Below, piece after piece: positions 25,593 to 38,534 of a stretch of 64,000 nt of DNA (positions are counted from its first letter, which is position 1; each line of letters starts with the position of its first letter). The DNA is taken from contig OZ024752.1 in NCBI GenBank assembly GCA_964016885.1, positions 7,750,001-7,814,000 on the forward strand. Direction: 5' to 3'. Under the pieces are notes generated by a model. It saw nothing but the letters and a program-made list of their open reading frames with translations. It had not been told where the DNA came from and ran no database searches. The position numbers and the translations under genes were made by a program. Source of the DNA: Eledone cirrhosa (Eukaryota).

Positions 25593-26125
25593 TCTTTAGG
25601 TTTGTTGGTTCACCACTGGATAGAACTGGTCATTCCGTATGGTCAATCCTGGTGTAATATTGTGAAGAGTACTCAATGCAGTGCAGTTCACCCATCTTCG
25701 TTTGTGTAGTTGGTGGTGCGAATACGGAGTTAATTATAAACAAAATAAAATAACAGGAGGCTGGACTGGTGTAAATCCTTGAAAGGTTTATTATACTATG
25801 ATCATTTCAATGACCGGGTTCCATATGAATCCGGTGATATCATCAGGTATTGGCATATAACAAAGGAATATGTAAAAAACCATGGGTCCGAAAAATCAGA
25901 GATTTTTCGGACCCATTTGAGGGTGACTGGCCGAGAAGCTAGTTGGTCAGTCATCCTCTTTTGTCTCTGTCTCTGATTTTTCGGACCCATGGTTTTTTAC
26001 ATATTCCTTTGTTATGATGATATCACCGGATTCATATAGAACCCGGTCATTAAAATGATCATAGTATAATAAACCTTTCAAGGATTTACACCAGTCCAGC
26101 CTCCTGTTATTTTATTTTGTTTATA
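25593..26125. mobile_element. Fold-back element, family D, between (TA)n tracts
   Basis: Arms of about 165 bp (~25735-26125), with internal small palindromes and a one-sided tail 25593-25735. Confidence 0.75.
25793..25850 (-). ncRNA. Type I hammerhead ribozyme, family D
   Basis: Reverse complement: ATAC-CTGATGA-tATcACCGG...CCGGTcATt-GAAA-TGATCA-TA-GTAT; stem III is the palindrome ATGATCAT. Confidence 0.65.
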
Positions 26126-26381
26126 TATATATCTAGGGAGTGTAACTTGGAGTTACTGCAGGTTCACCCGGGTGAGCACTCGATGTTTAGGTTCACTTCT
26201 GTGTTGAGGTGTAGAGCTATACAGAGTGTAATATATTGAAAGGATAACAAGGACGATTGGTTACTCCTTCATTACATTTATTGGTTGGTGACGCGCGTTT
26301 CGCTACTGATCAGCTCAAGGTTCGATCTGTATCGATCTTACCTGACTCAATAATCGGCACCTCGACGGACCCTTTAAAATA

Positions 26382-26416
<35 letters not shown>

Positions 26417-26789
26417 TAAAGTCTGTTCTAAGCTGAAGGATCATCAATCTGGTCCTTATCCCCAGTTTCCTTGGTGTTAAGTGACTGAGAGTACAAGACT
26501 CTACCTGGACAGGACGCTAGTCTATCACAGGATTAACTTCCCAGCTACTATTGGTACTCACTCAGCTGAGTATACTGGAGCAATGTGAAATAAAGTGTTT
26601 TGCTCAAGAACAGAACCCAGCAGCCTGTCCAGGAATTGAACCTATGAGGTTACGATTGCACGGAAAGCATCCTATCTATTAGGCCATTGCCTTCACAAAT
26701 TTAATATATGTTGCATACACTCTATTAATGAATTGTATGCCTTACTGTGGTTACCTTCAATTGAACCCAGGAGTCACATATATATATAT

Positions 26790-27990
26790 CTATCTATCAA
26801 GGGCGGGTAAAGTTCCCGAGATCCATGGACAAGTTCTCTCCAGTGAACTCTGCCCTTCATCATCGCTGCCATGTCCTGTGTCTGTCCTTAAAGCATCAAT
26901 ATATGTCATCCTTGGTTTCCCTCTTCTAGTGTGTTTGTGTAGGGGCTCCCACAGGAACACTGAGTGCAGTGTCAACTCTGAATGTCGGTGAGCATGTCCA
27001 GTTAACCTTAGTCTCCTCTGTGTTACTTTCGAGCTGACTTTTCGGAAACTTCCATACAGCTCTGAGTTCTTCATCCTCAGTGTATACTGATTAATGTTCA
27101 GAGCCACCCTCAGCATTCTCGTGTAGCACCCATCCACCATCTGAGTTAGTTTCTTGGTCAGTGTCCAAGTCTCAGACCCGTACAGCAGCACAGACTCCAC
27201 TGTAGCGACGAAGAGACGGATCTTCATGTTTTTACAACGGTCCCACTTCCACACTGATATCAAACTGTGGCACACCATTCAGGCTTTGCTTTTCCTCTCG
27301 ACCACATCATCCTCTGTATTCCCAATCTTTGATCGCAGATACAGGAAGTCCTCAACCAACTCTAGTGGCTTCCTGCCTACATTCATAATCTTCTCTGGCT
27401 TCTTAATGTTCTCTACTAGATACTTAATCTCATTCATTCTCAGCCCCACCCTCATCGACACAGTCTCCACCTCCTGCATCAACTCCTCTGCCTCCTTCAC
27501 TATGTTAGTCACCAGAACTATGTCGACAACAAATTCAGCATCTGATATCTTTTTCGCCTTAACTCTCCTGTTTCTAAGCCAGTGCTACTATAAAGCCAGA
27601 GTCCTGGTGTTTCTCCAGCGCAAGGCACATACAATAGTCCACTGCAATGATAAAAAGGTAGGGAGCCAATGTATCTTCCTGGAACACTCCAGCTAATATC
27701 TCAAAAACTCTGTCATCCTGTCAGGTGTAATAACTTGGGCTTTGGTGTTGGTGTAGAGCAGTGATATCAGGTCCACTATCTTCTTGTGGATTGCATAAGC
27801 CTGTAAGATCTTCATCAGGCAGTGATGGTCCACAGAATCAAATGCCTTCCTAAAGTCAATGAAAACCATGACAGCAAAAAGGCACTTTGCTCTAGCTCCT
27901 TCTAAAATTCTCCTCAGCATCAGAATGTGACTGGTGGTGGATCTTCCTTCTCTGAAGCCGTTCTGGTTGTCCCTGAGCTTCACCATGGAA
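26790..27990 (-). mobile_element. RTE-like LINE, 3' half (second family) with GATA tail
   Basis: QNGFREGRST...FIDFRKAFDSV and VESVLLYGSETWTLT. Confidence 0.85.
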
Positions 27991-28029
27991 AAGTGGCAGA
28001 ATAGTTTTCTGAACACAGAACCATACAAT

Positions 28030-29001
28030 TATTTTAGTAGACTGGGCAGCAGTGACCACCAGATTGTTATGGGTGATGTCTGGGTGAGCTTAAGAAAGAG
28101 TAAGGCTCAGCCCCAGGGAGCTTTCAAGGAAGTTGATAAGCTACAGGAGAGGTACACAGTAGAAGTGAGGTACAAGTTCAGTGCTCTGTGTGGAGAGGCA
28201 GAGGAGAGAGAGATTGGAGGGACGGAGGAGAGTGGGACAAGGAGGTACAGGTACTTCACCAATGCAGTGGTAAAAGCGAGACCCTGGTGCTGAGGAAAGA
28301 GAAGAGGAAGCACGTCGACTCTGTAGACCCAAATATGTGTGCAGCCAGAGAATACCTGAAAGCTGCCAAGGACCAATTCCATGCTGATCCTACGGAGGAA
28401 AATCTGGAGGTGATGAGGGAAGAACTCTGTACTGCTTACATTGAGGCCAGAGAGAAGGTGCTGATAGAGAAGATTAGAAGTATGGATAGAGTGGTTGACA
28501 GGTGTAGGTGTAAAGATGAGAAAGTGATCAACAAGATCACAGGGAGGAAGAGAGGGAGTTTGAGTCAGATCCAGGGAACGGCCCGAGGATAGGAAGAGGA
28601 AATGGCTGGACCATTTTAAGACCCTACAGCCCAAAACATTGGGGAGGTCAGGTGGCTGTTTGAGGAACTGGATTTTGAGACAGGGCCCTTCACTAGAGAG
28701 GAACTTCAGAGAGCCAAGGAGCTGAAGGAGGGCAAGAACCATGGAGAAGATGGAGTGGCATCAGAGGTGTGATTTGGATGATATCATCCTGGAGTTCTGA
28801 AACCAGGCACTGGAGAAAGGAGTTGCCCTGAATCAATGGAGGATCAGTAACATCGTCCCAGTGCAAAAGAAGGGAGATCTCTCTAACACCAACAACTACA
28901 GGGGGATCTCACTGACGTCACTTGTGGCAAAGACCCTCAACAGGATGTTTCTTAACAGGATCTAGTCCGAGATGGAGAAGCAGCTCAACAACAACCTGAA
29001 T
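28030..29001 (+). mobile_element. RTE-like LINE, 5' half of the same family, inverted relative to the 3' half
   Basis: SDHQIV (end of the APE domain) ... IVPVQKKGDLSNTNNYRGISLTS...NRI, ending where the 3' half begins. Confidence 0.8.
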
Positions 29002-29464
29002 ATATATATATATACGTATGTATCATTTATCATCATAGTTTAACGTCCTCTTTCCCTGCGTGTACGTCAACACAGCAAAACAATACAGTAGAATGAAGAT
29101 ATATATTAGTTTAGCACTTGATGCAGTAGGAAAAGAGTCTTAACGTTCACTAGTACTTCATCAGAAGATACGAGAAATAAAAGAAGAAATAGAATGATAG
29201 AGGAGAGTAAGACATTTTGGGGAAGAAAAAGTATGTCGACTGAAACTATGGAAGACCTTGCCCAAATAAACCTCACAAAGATATATATATATATGTATAT
29301 ATCTAAATATCAACATCATCACCATTTGTCATCTATTTTTACATACTAGCAGAGGTTAGATGAGGTGTCCTGTTGTGAGATATGCCAGGTCACATCAGGT
29401 GACTGCGTCTTGCTCATACAGAACTGATTTTGGTTTGGTTTCTATGCCTGGATGCCCTTCCTAA

Positions 29465-29822
29465 CACCAACCACATTTACAGTGAGTACTGAGTGCTTTT
29501 TGTTGTGATACCTATGCAACCATACTGCAGTGTAGACTGGGTGCCTTTTGTCATGACACCTACACAACCACTTTACAATGTGTACTGGGTACCTTTTGTT
29601 GTGACACCTACATGACCACTTTACAGTGTGAACTGGGTCCCTTTTGTTGTGACACCTACACAACCACTTTACTGTGTGGACTGGGTACCTTTTGTTGTGA
29701 CACCTACACAACCACTACAGTGTGGACTGGGTATTTTTTGTTGTGACACCAACACAACCACTTTACAGTGTGGACTGGGTACTTTTTGTTGTGACACCAA
29801 CACAACCATTTTACAGTGTGGG
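29465..29822. repeat. ~45-bp tandem repeat inside a LINE/SINE 3' tail (also at 34895-35275 and 12640-12800)
   Basis: CAACCACTTTACAGTGTGGACTGGGTACCTTTTGTTGTGACACCTACA-like units. Confidence 0.8.
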
Positions 29823-29859
29823 GCAAGGATTTTGGTGGGAGAGGTGTGTGGGTATTACT

Positions 29860-30445
29860 TCAGCCTGTGTTCATGGGAGGTGTATATTATATATATACTT
29901 CAGCCTGTGCTCATGGGAAGGTTGGTCTTCTGTATTACTCCATAACACCAGAGATCTCGGTCCTGTGTCATCACCTTTGAGAGCTGCAATTGTGCAAGGT
30001 CAGCTTTTATCACCTCATTCCAAGTCTTCCTGGGTCTCCCCACTCCAAGTCTTCCATCAACTTTGAGCACTCTGCACTTTTTTTATACAGCTGCCATCCT
30101 TCACACACATCACATGTCAATACCAATGCAATCTCCTCTCCTGCACACTGCATCTGATTCCTCTTATGCCTAGTTCATCTCTCTCAGTTCATTTATGCTT
30201 CACTGTTCACGTATATTACTATTACACATCTTCATTCCTTTTCAATCTCCGCAACTCTTCTACACACAGCACCCAGGTTTCACTACCATGCAACATTGCT
30301 GTTCATATGCACACATCATACAGTCTGCCTTTCATTCTGAGGGAGAAGCTTTTTGTAGCCAGCAGTGGTAGTAGCTCCCTGAACTTCCTCCATCCCGTTC
30401 TTACTCTGACTACTGTATTTTCAGAACACCCACCACTGCTGCTAA
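29860..30445 (-). mobile_element. RTE-type LINE 3' fragment
   Basis: Reverse complement matches 24205-24760. Confidence 0.75.
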
Positions 30446-31277
30446 TTGTGTGTGTGTGTATATATATATATAGAGAGAGAGATAGATACGAAAATATTCA
30501 AGACCCCGACGGCAGAACTCAAGAAACGGCTATTTCTGGACGTCCAGAAATAGCCGTCGAAACGGCTTGAGCTCTGCAGTCGGGGTCTTGAACATTTTCC
30601 TATTACCTACTCTACTACCCAAAGTATTGAGTACTCTGGTGCGTTATGGTCCACCTGCTTCCTTACCACACTTTCTTCGTTATATAGATATATATATATA
30701 TATATACTATGATGATGATGATGATACTAACAGGTTTATAAAATGCCACTACCTGAAGCCACCCACCCATGACACTGTAACACTGCCTCACTCTATCTTA
30801 CTCAATAATAACTGAAATTCCAGAAACACAATATACTGAATACAGATTTAGTTGTGTTCTGGCAATAATTAAATAAATTAGGATTATCAATAAAATTAAT
30901 ACAACTGAAATCAACCAATCGATAATAAAATCAATTAATATGAATATCAACAATATTGATATACAGTGAAACCAGCACTGATTTCACTGTTGCCAAACTG
31001 TTAGTATCGGTTAATCCTTTAGCATTTAAACCAGCCATATCTGGCCAGAATTCTCTCACCTCTTTCTGTTCAAACCAGTCCCAAAATAAATATCATCAAA
31101 ATCTCATAGATTTGATAATATTTGAGATAATTATATTAGATAAAGCCTTTACCTTGAAAATACAATAGTATTTAGAGAGTAATTTAAATGCTAAAGGGTT
31201 AACCCTTTAGCATTTTGTTTTACTTGTTTCATCACAGATGAACCATGACTGAGAAGGGTTAAGGTTAGAAACCTTAA

Positions 31278-32183
31278 CCCTTTACATTACTCTATATATA
31301 CTATTGTATTTTCACAGTAAAGGCTTTACCTCACATAATATCTCATAACATTTATATTACTCTATATATACTATTGTATTTTCACAGTAAAGGCTTTACC
31401 TCACATAATATCTCACATAACATTTACATTACTCTATATATACTATTGTATTTTCACAGTAAAGACTTTACCTCATATAATATCTCACATAACATTTACA
31501 TTACTCTATATATACTATTGTATTTTCACAGTAAAGGCTTTACCTCACATAGTATCTCACATAACATTTACATTACCCTATATATACTATTGTATTTTCA
31601 CAGTAAAGGCTTTACCTCACATAATATCTCACATAACATTTACATTACTCTATATATACTATTGTATTTTCACAGTAAAGGCTTTACCTCACATAATATC
31701 TCACATAACATTTACATTACTCTATATATACTATTGTATTTTCACAGTAAAGGCTTTACCTCACATAATATCTCACATAACATTTACATTACTCTATATA
31801 TACTATTGTATTTTCACAGTAAAGGCTTTACCTCACATAATATCTCACATAACATTTACATTACTCTATATATACTATTGTATTTTCACAGTAAAGGCTT
31901 TACCTCACATAATATCTCACATAACATTTACATTACTCTATATATACTATTGTATTTTCACAGTAAAGGCTTTACCTCACATAATATCTCACATACCATT
32001 TACATTACTCTATATATACTATTGTATTTTCACAGTAAAGGCTTTACCTCACATAATATCTCACATAACATTTACATTACTCTATACTATTGTATTTTCA
32101 CAGTAAAGGCTTTACCTCACATAATATCTCACATAACATTTACATTACTCTATATATACTATTGTATTTTCACAGTAAAGGCT
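31278..32183. repeat. 72-bp satellite (about 12 units), the inverse of the 40.9-44.4 kb array
   Basis: Unit TACTATTGTATTTTCACAGTAAAGGCTTTACCTCACATAATATCTCACATAACATTTACATTACTCTATATA, starting at TTAACCCTTT. Confidence 0.95.
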
Positions 32184-32483
32184 TGAAGAGTTCTGGTCTC
32201 TTGACGAAATCTCTTTCTGAACTGTCTCAAAACCTCTACATTGTACTTCTTGTTGACTGTTTTATATATATATATATCGTCAGTCGATTGACTTTCGTCA
32301 AATCAGACCGAGGAAACAATGTTTCCACGGGTTTTTCCAATTGCTAATACTATCTCTCGGTCGCAACTCCAGGTAGAAGGAACAACATGAAATGAAGTGT
32401 CTTGCTCAAGGACTTAATGCATCGCCTGGTTCAGAAATAGAACTCACAACCTCACAATTGTGAACCAAATTCTCTTACCACTC

Positions 32484-33025
32484 AGCCATAGTATCTAGAA
32501 TAAGGACAGGATGAAAGAAGTTTAGGGAGCTGCTTCCTCTGTTGACAACGAAGGGTTTCTCCCTATGAATGAAAGGTCGGTTATATGATGCCTGTGTAAA
32601 ATGCGCAATGCTGCATGGTAGTGAGACATGGGCAGCAACTGCAGTGGATATGCAAAGGCTGGAGAGAAATGAAGCAAGCATGCTCCGTTGGATGTGCAAT
32701 GTCAATGTACGTGAACAACCAAGCATAGACGAGTTGTGAGAGAAACTGTGTATCAGAGGAATAAACTGTAATGTGCAGGAGAAAAGACTGCGTTGGTATG
32801 GACATGTGATCTGCATGGAAGTGACAAGAAATGCCAGTAGAAGGAAGATGCAATAGAGGAAGACCACGGAAAACACGGCTGGTGGTGGTGAGAACAGACC
32901 TCAGATTGCTGAAACTCACGGAGGAGATGACGAAGGACCGTGACAAGTGAAGAGATGCTGTGCTGAATAGGACCCGTCCCACCCTTGCAAGCAGGGAAAG
33001 GCGGACGTAAAAGGATGATGATGAT
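32484..33025 (+). mobile_element. RTE-type LINE 3' fragment with (GAT)n tail
   Basis: KGRLYDACVKCAMLHGSETWA...RLRWYGHV. Confidence 0.8.
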
Positions 33026-33331
33026 ATATATAACAGGCTAAATGAGTTGGGATGCAGAACCCAACGGAACTTAAGTACCTGTTTATGTCACTGTTGTAAC
33101 TAATTATACTTAACTCATCTTAGGGACTAATTGTTGTTACCCTTGGATATTTCTACCAAACTTTTACTACATCATATCTCTCTCTCACCCCCTCTCTCTC
33201 ACTCTCTCCCACTCTCTCTCACATATGCTGTGTTACATACATATTTATAGTATGTTAATAGCACCTAGATATGGTAAGATGAAAACTAGGAATAGCATTG
33301 CTTGTCACTTGACAAGGTCTCGCTTATTTTA

Positions 33332-34068
33332 ACCACCATCACCACCACTACATCACCATCACCACTATACCACCACTACATCATCACCACTACTTCATCA
33401 CTGCCACTACACCACCACCACCACCACTACTTCATCACTGCCACTACACCACCACCACCACCACTACTTCATCACTGCCACTACACCACCACCACCACCA
33501 CCACTACTTCATCACTGCCACTACACCACCACCACCATCACCACCATCACCACCACCACCACCACCACCACTACACAATCACTGCCACTACACCACCACC
33601 ACCACCACTACACAATCACTGCCACTACACCACCACCACCACCACCACCACTACACAATCACTGCCACTACACCACCACCACCACCACCACCACTACACA
33701 ATCACTGCCACTACATCACCACCACTACTTCATCACTGCCACTACACCACCACCACTACTTCATCACTGCCACTACACCACTACCACCACCACCACTACT
33801 TCATCACTGCCACTACACCACTACCACCACCACCACTACTTCATCACTGCCACTACACCACTACCACCACTACTTCATCACTGCCACTACATCACCACCA
33901 CCACCACTACACAATCACTGTCACTACACCACTACAACATCATCACCAGACTACACCACCACCACTACACAATCACTGCCACTACACCACCACCACCACT
34001 ACACAATCACTGTCACTACATCACCACCACCACCACCACCACCACTACACCACCACCACTACCATCAC
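33332..34068. repeat. CAC-rich compound minisatellite
   Basis: (CAC)n interspersed with TACTTCATCACTGCCACTACA. Confidence 0.9.
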
Positions 34069-34429
34069 AACTTGTACCTGGATAATATGTATAGATATAT
34101 ATGTATATACATATATTTATATATGTATATGTGTGTATGTATATAATATATATATATGTGTGTGTATGTATGTATATGTGTGTATGTATATAATATAATA
34201 TATATGTGTATGTGTGTATGTATATATATATATATATATACTTTGTTTTTGTATTTGTTTTGCAAGATTTCTCATCTGAAAACATGTGTTGAAACATATT
34301 GTTATACTTTGGGAGGGTCATGCTGCCAATAAAAACACATGCACCTGTTGGTTATCACTTCAATTTATTTATGAATTTCCAGTTGGTTGGTTAAATAACC
34401 GGATGGTTGTTTATTGGCAAAGGTCTTTC

Positions 34430-34655
34430 ATCCGACATCCAGGCAGTCTTCAACTTCTCTGTTATGCTTTGAAGGACTATAATAAACAGGACAGGGCTGA
34501 ATACTGAGCTTTGTTAGATAGCCACTTGCAGGCTAAATTCATTGTTAACTCACCGTTTGCTTACTGTACTGCTCTCGCGAGCCATTCATCCACTCCAGGT
34601 CAATGACTGCTAGGTAGAGTGGCTTGCTCTTAGCTAAGTATTTCTCCTGTAGGTG
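34430..34655 (-). mobile_element. RTE RT fragment, heavily deleted
   Basis: Reverse complement reads LQEKYLAKSKPLYLA...VDEWL...FSPVLFIIVLQ. Confidence 0.7.
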
Positions 34656-35680
34656 TCTCATGAATTTCTAATCATATGTATGTATGTGTATATGTATGTA
34701 TGCATGTGTATGTATGTATATATGTATGTATGCAAGTGTGTATGTGTCTATCATCATCATCGTTTAACGTCTATCTTCCACACTAGCATGGGTTAGGCGG
34801 GTTTGTCACACTTAGAGGCATGTTGGGTCGGGTGACCGTGTCTCGCTCATATAGAAGTTTCTGGCTGGTTTTCTACAGCTGGATGCCCTCCCTAACACCA
34901 ACCACATTTACAGTGTGGGCTGAGTGCTTTTTACCGTGACACCTACACAACCACTTCACAGTGTGGGCTGGGTGTTTTTTGTTGTGACACCTACACAACC
35001 ACTTTACAGTGTGGGCTGGGTGTTTTTTGTCGTGACACCTACACAACCACTTTACAGTGTGGGCTGGGTGCTGTTTGTCGTGACACCTACATAACTACTT
35101 TATAGTGTGGGCTGGGTGCTGTTTGTCGTGACACCTACATGACCACTTACAGTGTGGGCTGGGTGCTGTTTGTCGTGACACCTACATGACCACTTTACAG
35201 TGTGGGCTGGGTGCTGTTTGTCGTGACACCTACATGACCACTTTATAAAGTGGATTGGATGTTTTGTGGTACCAACATAACTTTACAGAGAAAAGGTGGT
35301 GTGAACGGAAGGTTTTGGGGGTGTGGAGTGTCTATTGGATTAAGAGGTGTCTACTGACTGTAGGTTTAAGTTTGTACGAAAGGTAAGGTTATATATATAA
35401 ATCAGAATGGATGCAGCAAAATCCTGTTAGATCATTACTCACTAAAGTACTCAATACTTGGAGTAGTAGAGTGTGGTAATATGAAGGAGTTGGGACCCCA
35501 ACAGCTGAGCTCTTACTGTTTCAACTGCTACTTCTGAACTGAATCGCTGGCGATTCAGTTTGGAAGTCGCGATTGTAACGGCAGGAGCTCAGCTGTTGGG
35601 GTCTGACTCCTTCATATATATATATATATATATATATATACCAGAGTGTTGTAGTTTGCTGAAGCATTGTTGAATAGGAA

Positions 35681-35861
35681 ATATAAATTTAAATAATTTT
35701 AAAAGCCATACAATGCATTAGAAAATTAAAGGTGCCAAGATAATAATAGAATCTTACCTTAGCAAATTTATTAGATTTACTAAGGTAAGATTGTTTTGTT
35801 ATCTGGACACCTTTAATTTTCTAATGCATTGTATGGCTTTTAAAATTATTTAAATTTATAT
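35681..35861. repeat. Fold-back inverted repeat between (TA)n tracts, no intact ribozyme core seen
   Basis: Arms of about 85 bp: ATATAAATTTAAATAATTTTAAAAGCCATAC...GTATGGCTTTTAAAATTATTTAAATTTATAT. Confidence 0.75.
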
Positions 35862-35867
35862 ATATAT

Positions 35868-36212
35868 CAGGGGCGAAGGGTCCGTGCATGCGTTATAGAA
35901 TCTTGAGTTGATCAATTGCATCGGTTGAAGCAAGCAGAATTTTGGGTGCTTACTAAAATGTATAAACTCAAAAAATAACAAACACACACACACACACACA
36001 CACACACGACAGCTTTAGGGGCAAGCAGAATTTTGACTGCTTACTAAATCGTAGACACATAAAAAGATAACACACACACTAGATAACACTACATGCGGCT
36101 TTGACCGGGAGGGTCATTTAGAGGGGGGGGGGGGGGTAAGGCTGCACAGCCCCACTTTCCGCCATGGAGATTGGACTGCATGCCCTGCTTTCCAGGTTAC
36201 CCTTCGCCATTG
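35868..36212. mobile_element. hAT-like MITE in (TA)n
   Basis: TIRs CAGGGGCGAAGGG / CCCTTCGCCATTG; flanks atatatat/gtatatat; internal direct repeat AAGCAGAATTTT..GCTTACTAAA. Confidence 0.65.
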
Positions 36213-37454
36213 GTATATATATGTGTGTGTGTGTGTATATATATATATATGTGTGTGAGTATATATATATATGTGTGTGTGTGTATATATATGTGTGTGT
36301 ATATATATATATGTGTGTGTGTGTATATATATACGTGTGTGTGTGTGGTGTATTTATATATAGAATATATATTCGCTTTACCTGCATGCACATACACGCA
36401 TTGAATTTAAGGAGGGTGTATAAAATGGAATGTAAGAAGAGAGAAAGTGAGTGTATATATAATAGTGAGATCTATAAACTATATATTGTTCCTTTGTTTG
36501 GTTCACCCATTGTGTGGGTGGATCTTTAGTGTGGGAACATTATCTATGTCTATATATATATATATATATGTGTGTGTGTGAGTATATATGTGTGTGAGTA
36601 TATATATATGTGTGTATATATACATGTGTGTGTGTATATATACATGTGTGTGTGTGTATACATGTGTGTGTGTGTGTTTATGTAGTCATGTATGTGTGTA
36701 GGTGCGCTCCAGAATGATGGAGAGACAGAGGTAGGGACACATGTGTATATGTCTATGTATTGTGTGTATGTATGTGTCTATTGTGTGTGTATATGTGTAG
36801 TTATACCCTCATACATATGTATGTGAATGTGCCTAGTGTGTGTGTATGTAGAAGTGCCCTCATACAAATGTATGTCTATTGTGTGTGTGTGAATATGTCT
36901 ATTGTGTATGTCATACCCTCATACATATGTATGTCTAGTGTGTATGTAGAAGTAGCCTCATACATATGTATGTGTCTAGTGTGTGTATGTAGAAGTAGCC
37001 TCATACATATGTATGTGTCTAGTGTGTGTATGTAGAAGTAGCCTCATACATATGTATGTGTCTAGTGTGTGTATGTAGAAGTAGCCTCATACATATGTAT
37101 ATGTCTATTGTGTATGTATATATGTAGTCATAGCCTCATACATATGTATGTGTTTATTGTGTATGTATATATGTAGTCATAGCCTCATACATATGTATGT
37201 GTCTATTGTGTATGTATATGTCTATTGTGTATGTGAATGTGTCTATTGTGTATGTATATATGTAGTCATAGCCTCATACATATGTATGTATCTATTGTGT
37301 ATGTATATATGTAGTTATAGCCTCATACACATGTGTGTCTATTGTATGTTCCTATGTTAAGTATGTTTACTCAATGCCAGACTTTCCACAAATATATTTA
37401 CATAAATACATACTTTATTAAATGTCCTATCATATAATATAAAGGTTGTTACAT

Positions 37455-37497
37455 TTATATATGTCGATATATATATATCTGTGAGTGCGTGCGTGTG

Positions 37498-37538
<41 letters not shown>

Positions 37539-37587
37539 GTGTGTGTGTGTGTGTGTGTATGTATATATATATATATATCTGTGTGTG

Positions 37588-37634
<47 letters not shown>

Positions 37635-37781
37635 GTGTGTGTGTGTATGTATATATATATCTGTGTGTGTATGTATATATATATCTATATATATATCTGT
37701 GTGTGTGTGTGCATGTATATATATATATATATCTGTGTGTGTATGTATATATATATATATATATATATCTGTGTGTGTGTG

Positions 37782-37826
<45 letters not shown>

Positions 37827-37837
37827 GTGTGTGTGTG

Positions 37838-37876
<39 letters not shown>

Positions 37877-38028
37877 ATGTATATATATATATATCTGTGA
37901 GTGTGTGCCTGTATATATATATATCTGTGAGTGTGTGCCTGTATATATATATATATATATATATCTGTGAGTGAGTGTGTGCCTGTATATATATATGTAT
38001 ATATATATATCTGTGAGTGAGTGTGTGC

Positions 38029-38079
<51 letters not shown>

Positions 38080-38100
38080 AGTGTGTGCCTGTATATATAT
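37455..38100. repeat. Compound (TA)n/(TG)n microsatellite
   Basis: Direct inspection; it is the source of many spurious YI/TH-rich ORFs. Confidence 0.95.
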
Positions 38101-38274
38101 ATAACGAAGGAAATGTGGTAAGGAACCAGATGGACCATAACGCACCAAAGTACTCAATACTTAGTGTAGTAGAGTGGGAAATAGGAACGAGTAGGACCCC
38201 GACGGCTGAGCTCAAGCCGTTTCGACGGCTAATTCTGGACTAAAAAATGTATATATATAAGTTTTAATATAGAT

Positions 38275-38327
38275 GAGATTCTACAGGACTAGAACTGTTT
38301 CATTCTTTAGAAATCATCAGGAATCTC
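38275..38327 (-). ncRNA. Type I hammerhead ribozyme, family A (left arm)
   Basis: Reverse complement: GAGATTC-CTGATGA-tTTC/TAAA/GAAt-GAAA-CAG/TTCTAGTC/CTG-TA-GAATCTC. Confidence 0.8.
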
Positions 38328-38382
38328 TGAGATTCCTGATGAATTCTAAAGAATGAAACAGTTCTAGTCCTGTAGAATCTCA
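38328..38382 (+). ncRNA. Type I hammerhead ribozyme, family A (right arm; intact core, predicted cleavage after 38374)
   Basis: TGAGATTC-CTGATGA-ATTC/TAAA/GAAT-GAAA-CAG/TTCTAGTC/CTG-TA-GAATCTCA; all three stems pair. Confidence 0.85.
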
Positions 38383-38462
38383 TCTATATTAAAACTTTTA
38401 TACTCTGCTATGTATTGAGTACCTTACTTACTGTGGTTACCTCCGATTCAACCCGGAATAAC

Positions 38463-38494
<32 letters not shown>

Positions 38495-38502
38495 GTGAGT
38501 GA

Positions 38503-38534
<32 letters not shown>

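Larger units (their letters stand above)
38259..38463. mobile_element. Fold-back element, family A (best-preserved copy)
   Basis: Near-perfect palindrome 38259-38397 carrying two hammerheads, plus a 3' tail. Confidence 0.8.

Noticed and set aside
33302-34198. His/Thr/Pro-rich 298-aa ORF
   Set aside because: It translates a CAC minisatellite running into a TA microsatellite; no real start or domain.
34267-34613. Possible intermediate 5' UTR exon of the ZNF gene
   Set aside because: The acceptor is weak and half of the segment is an antisense RTE fragment.
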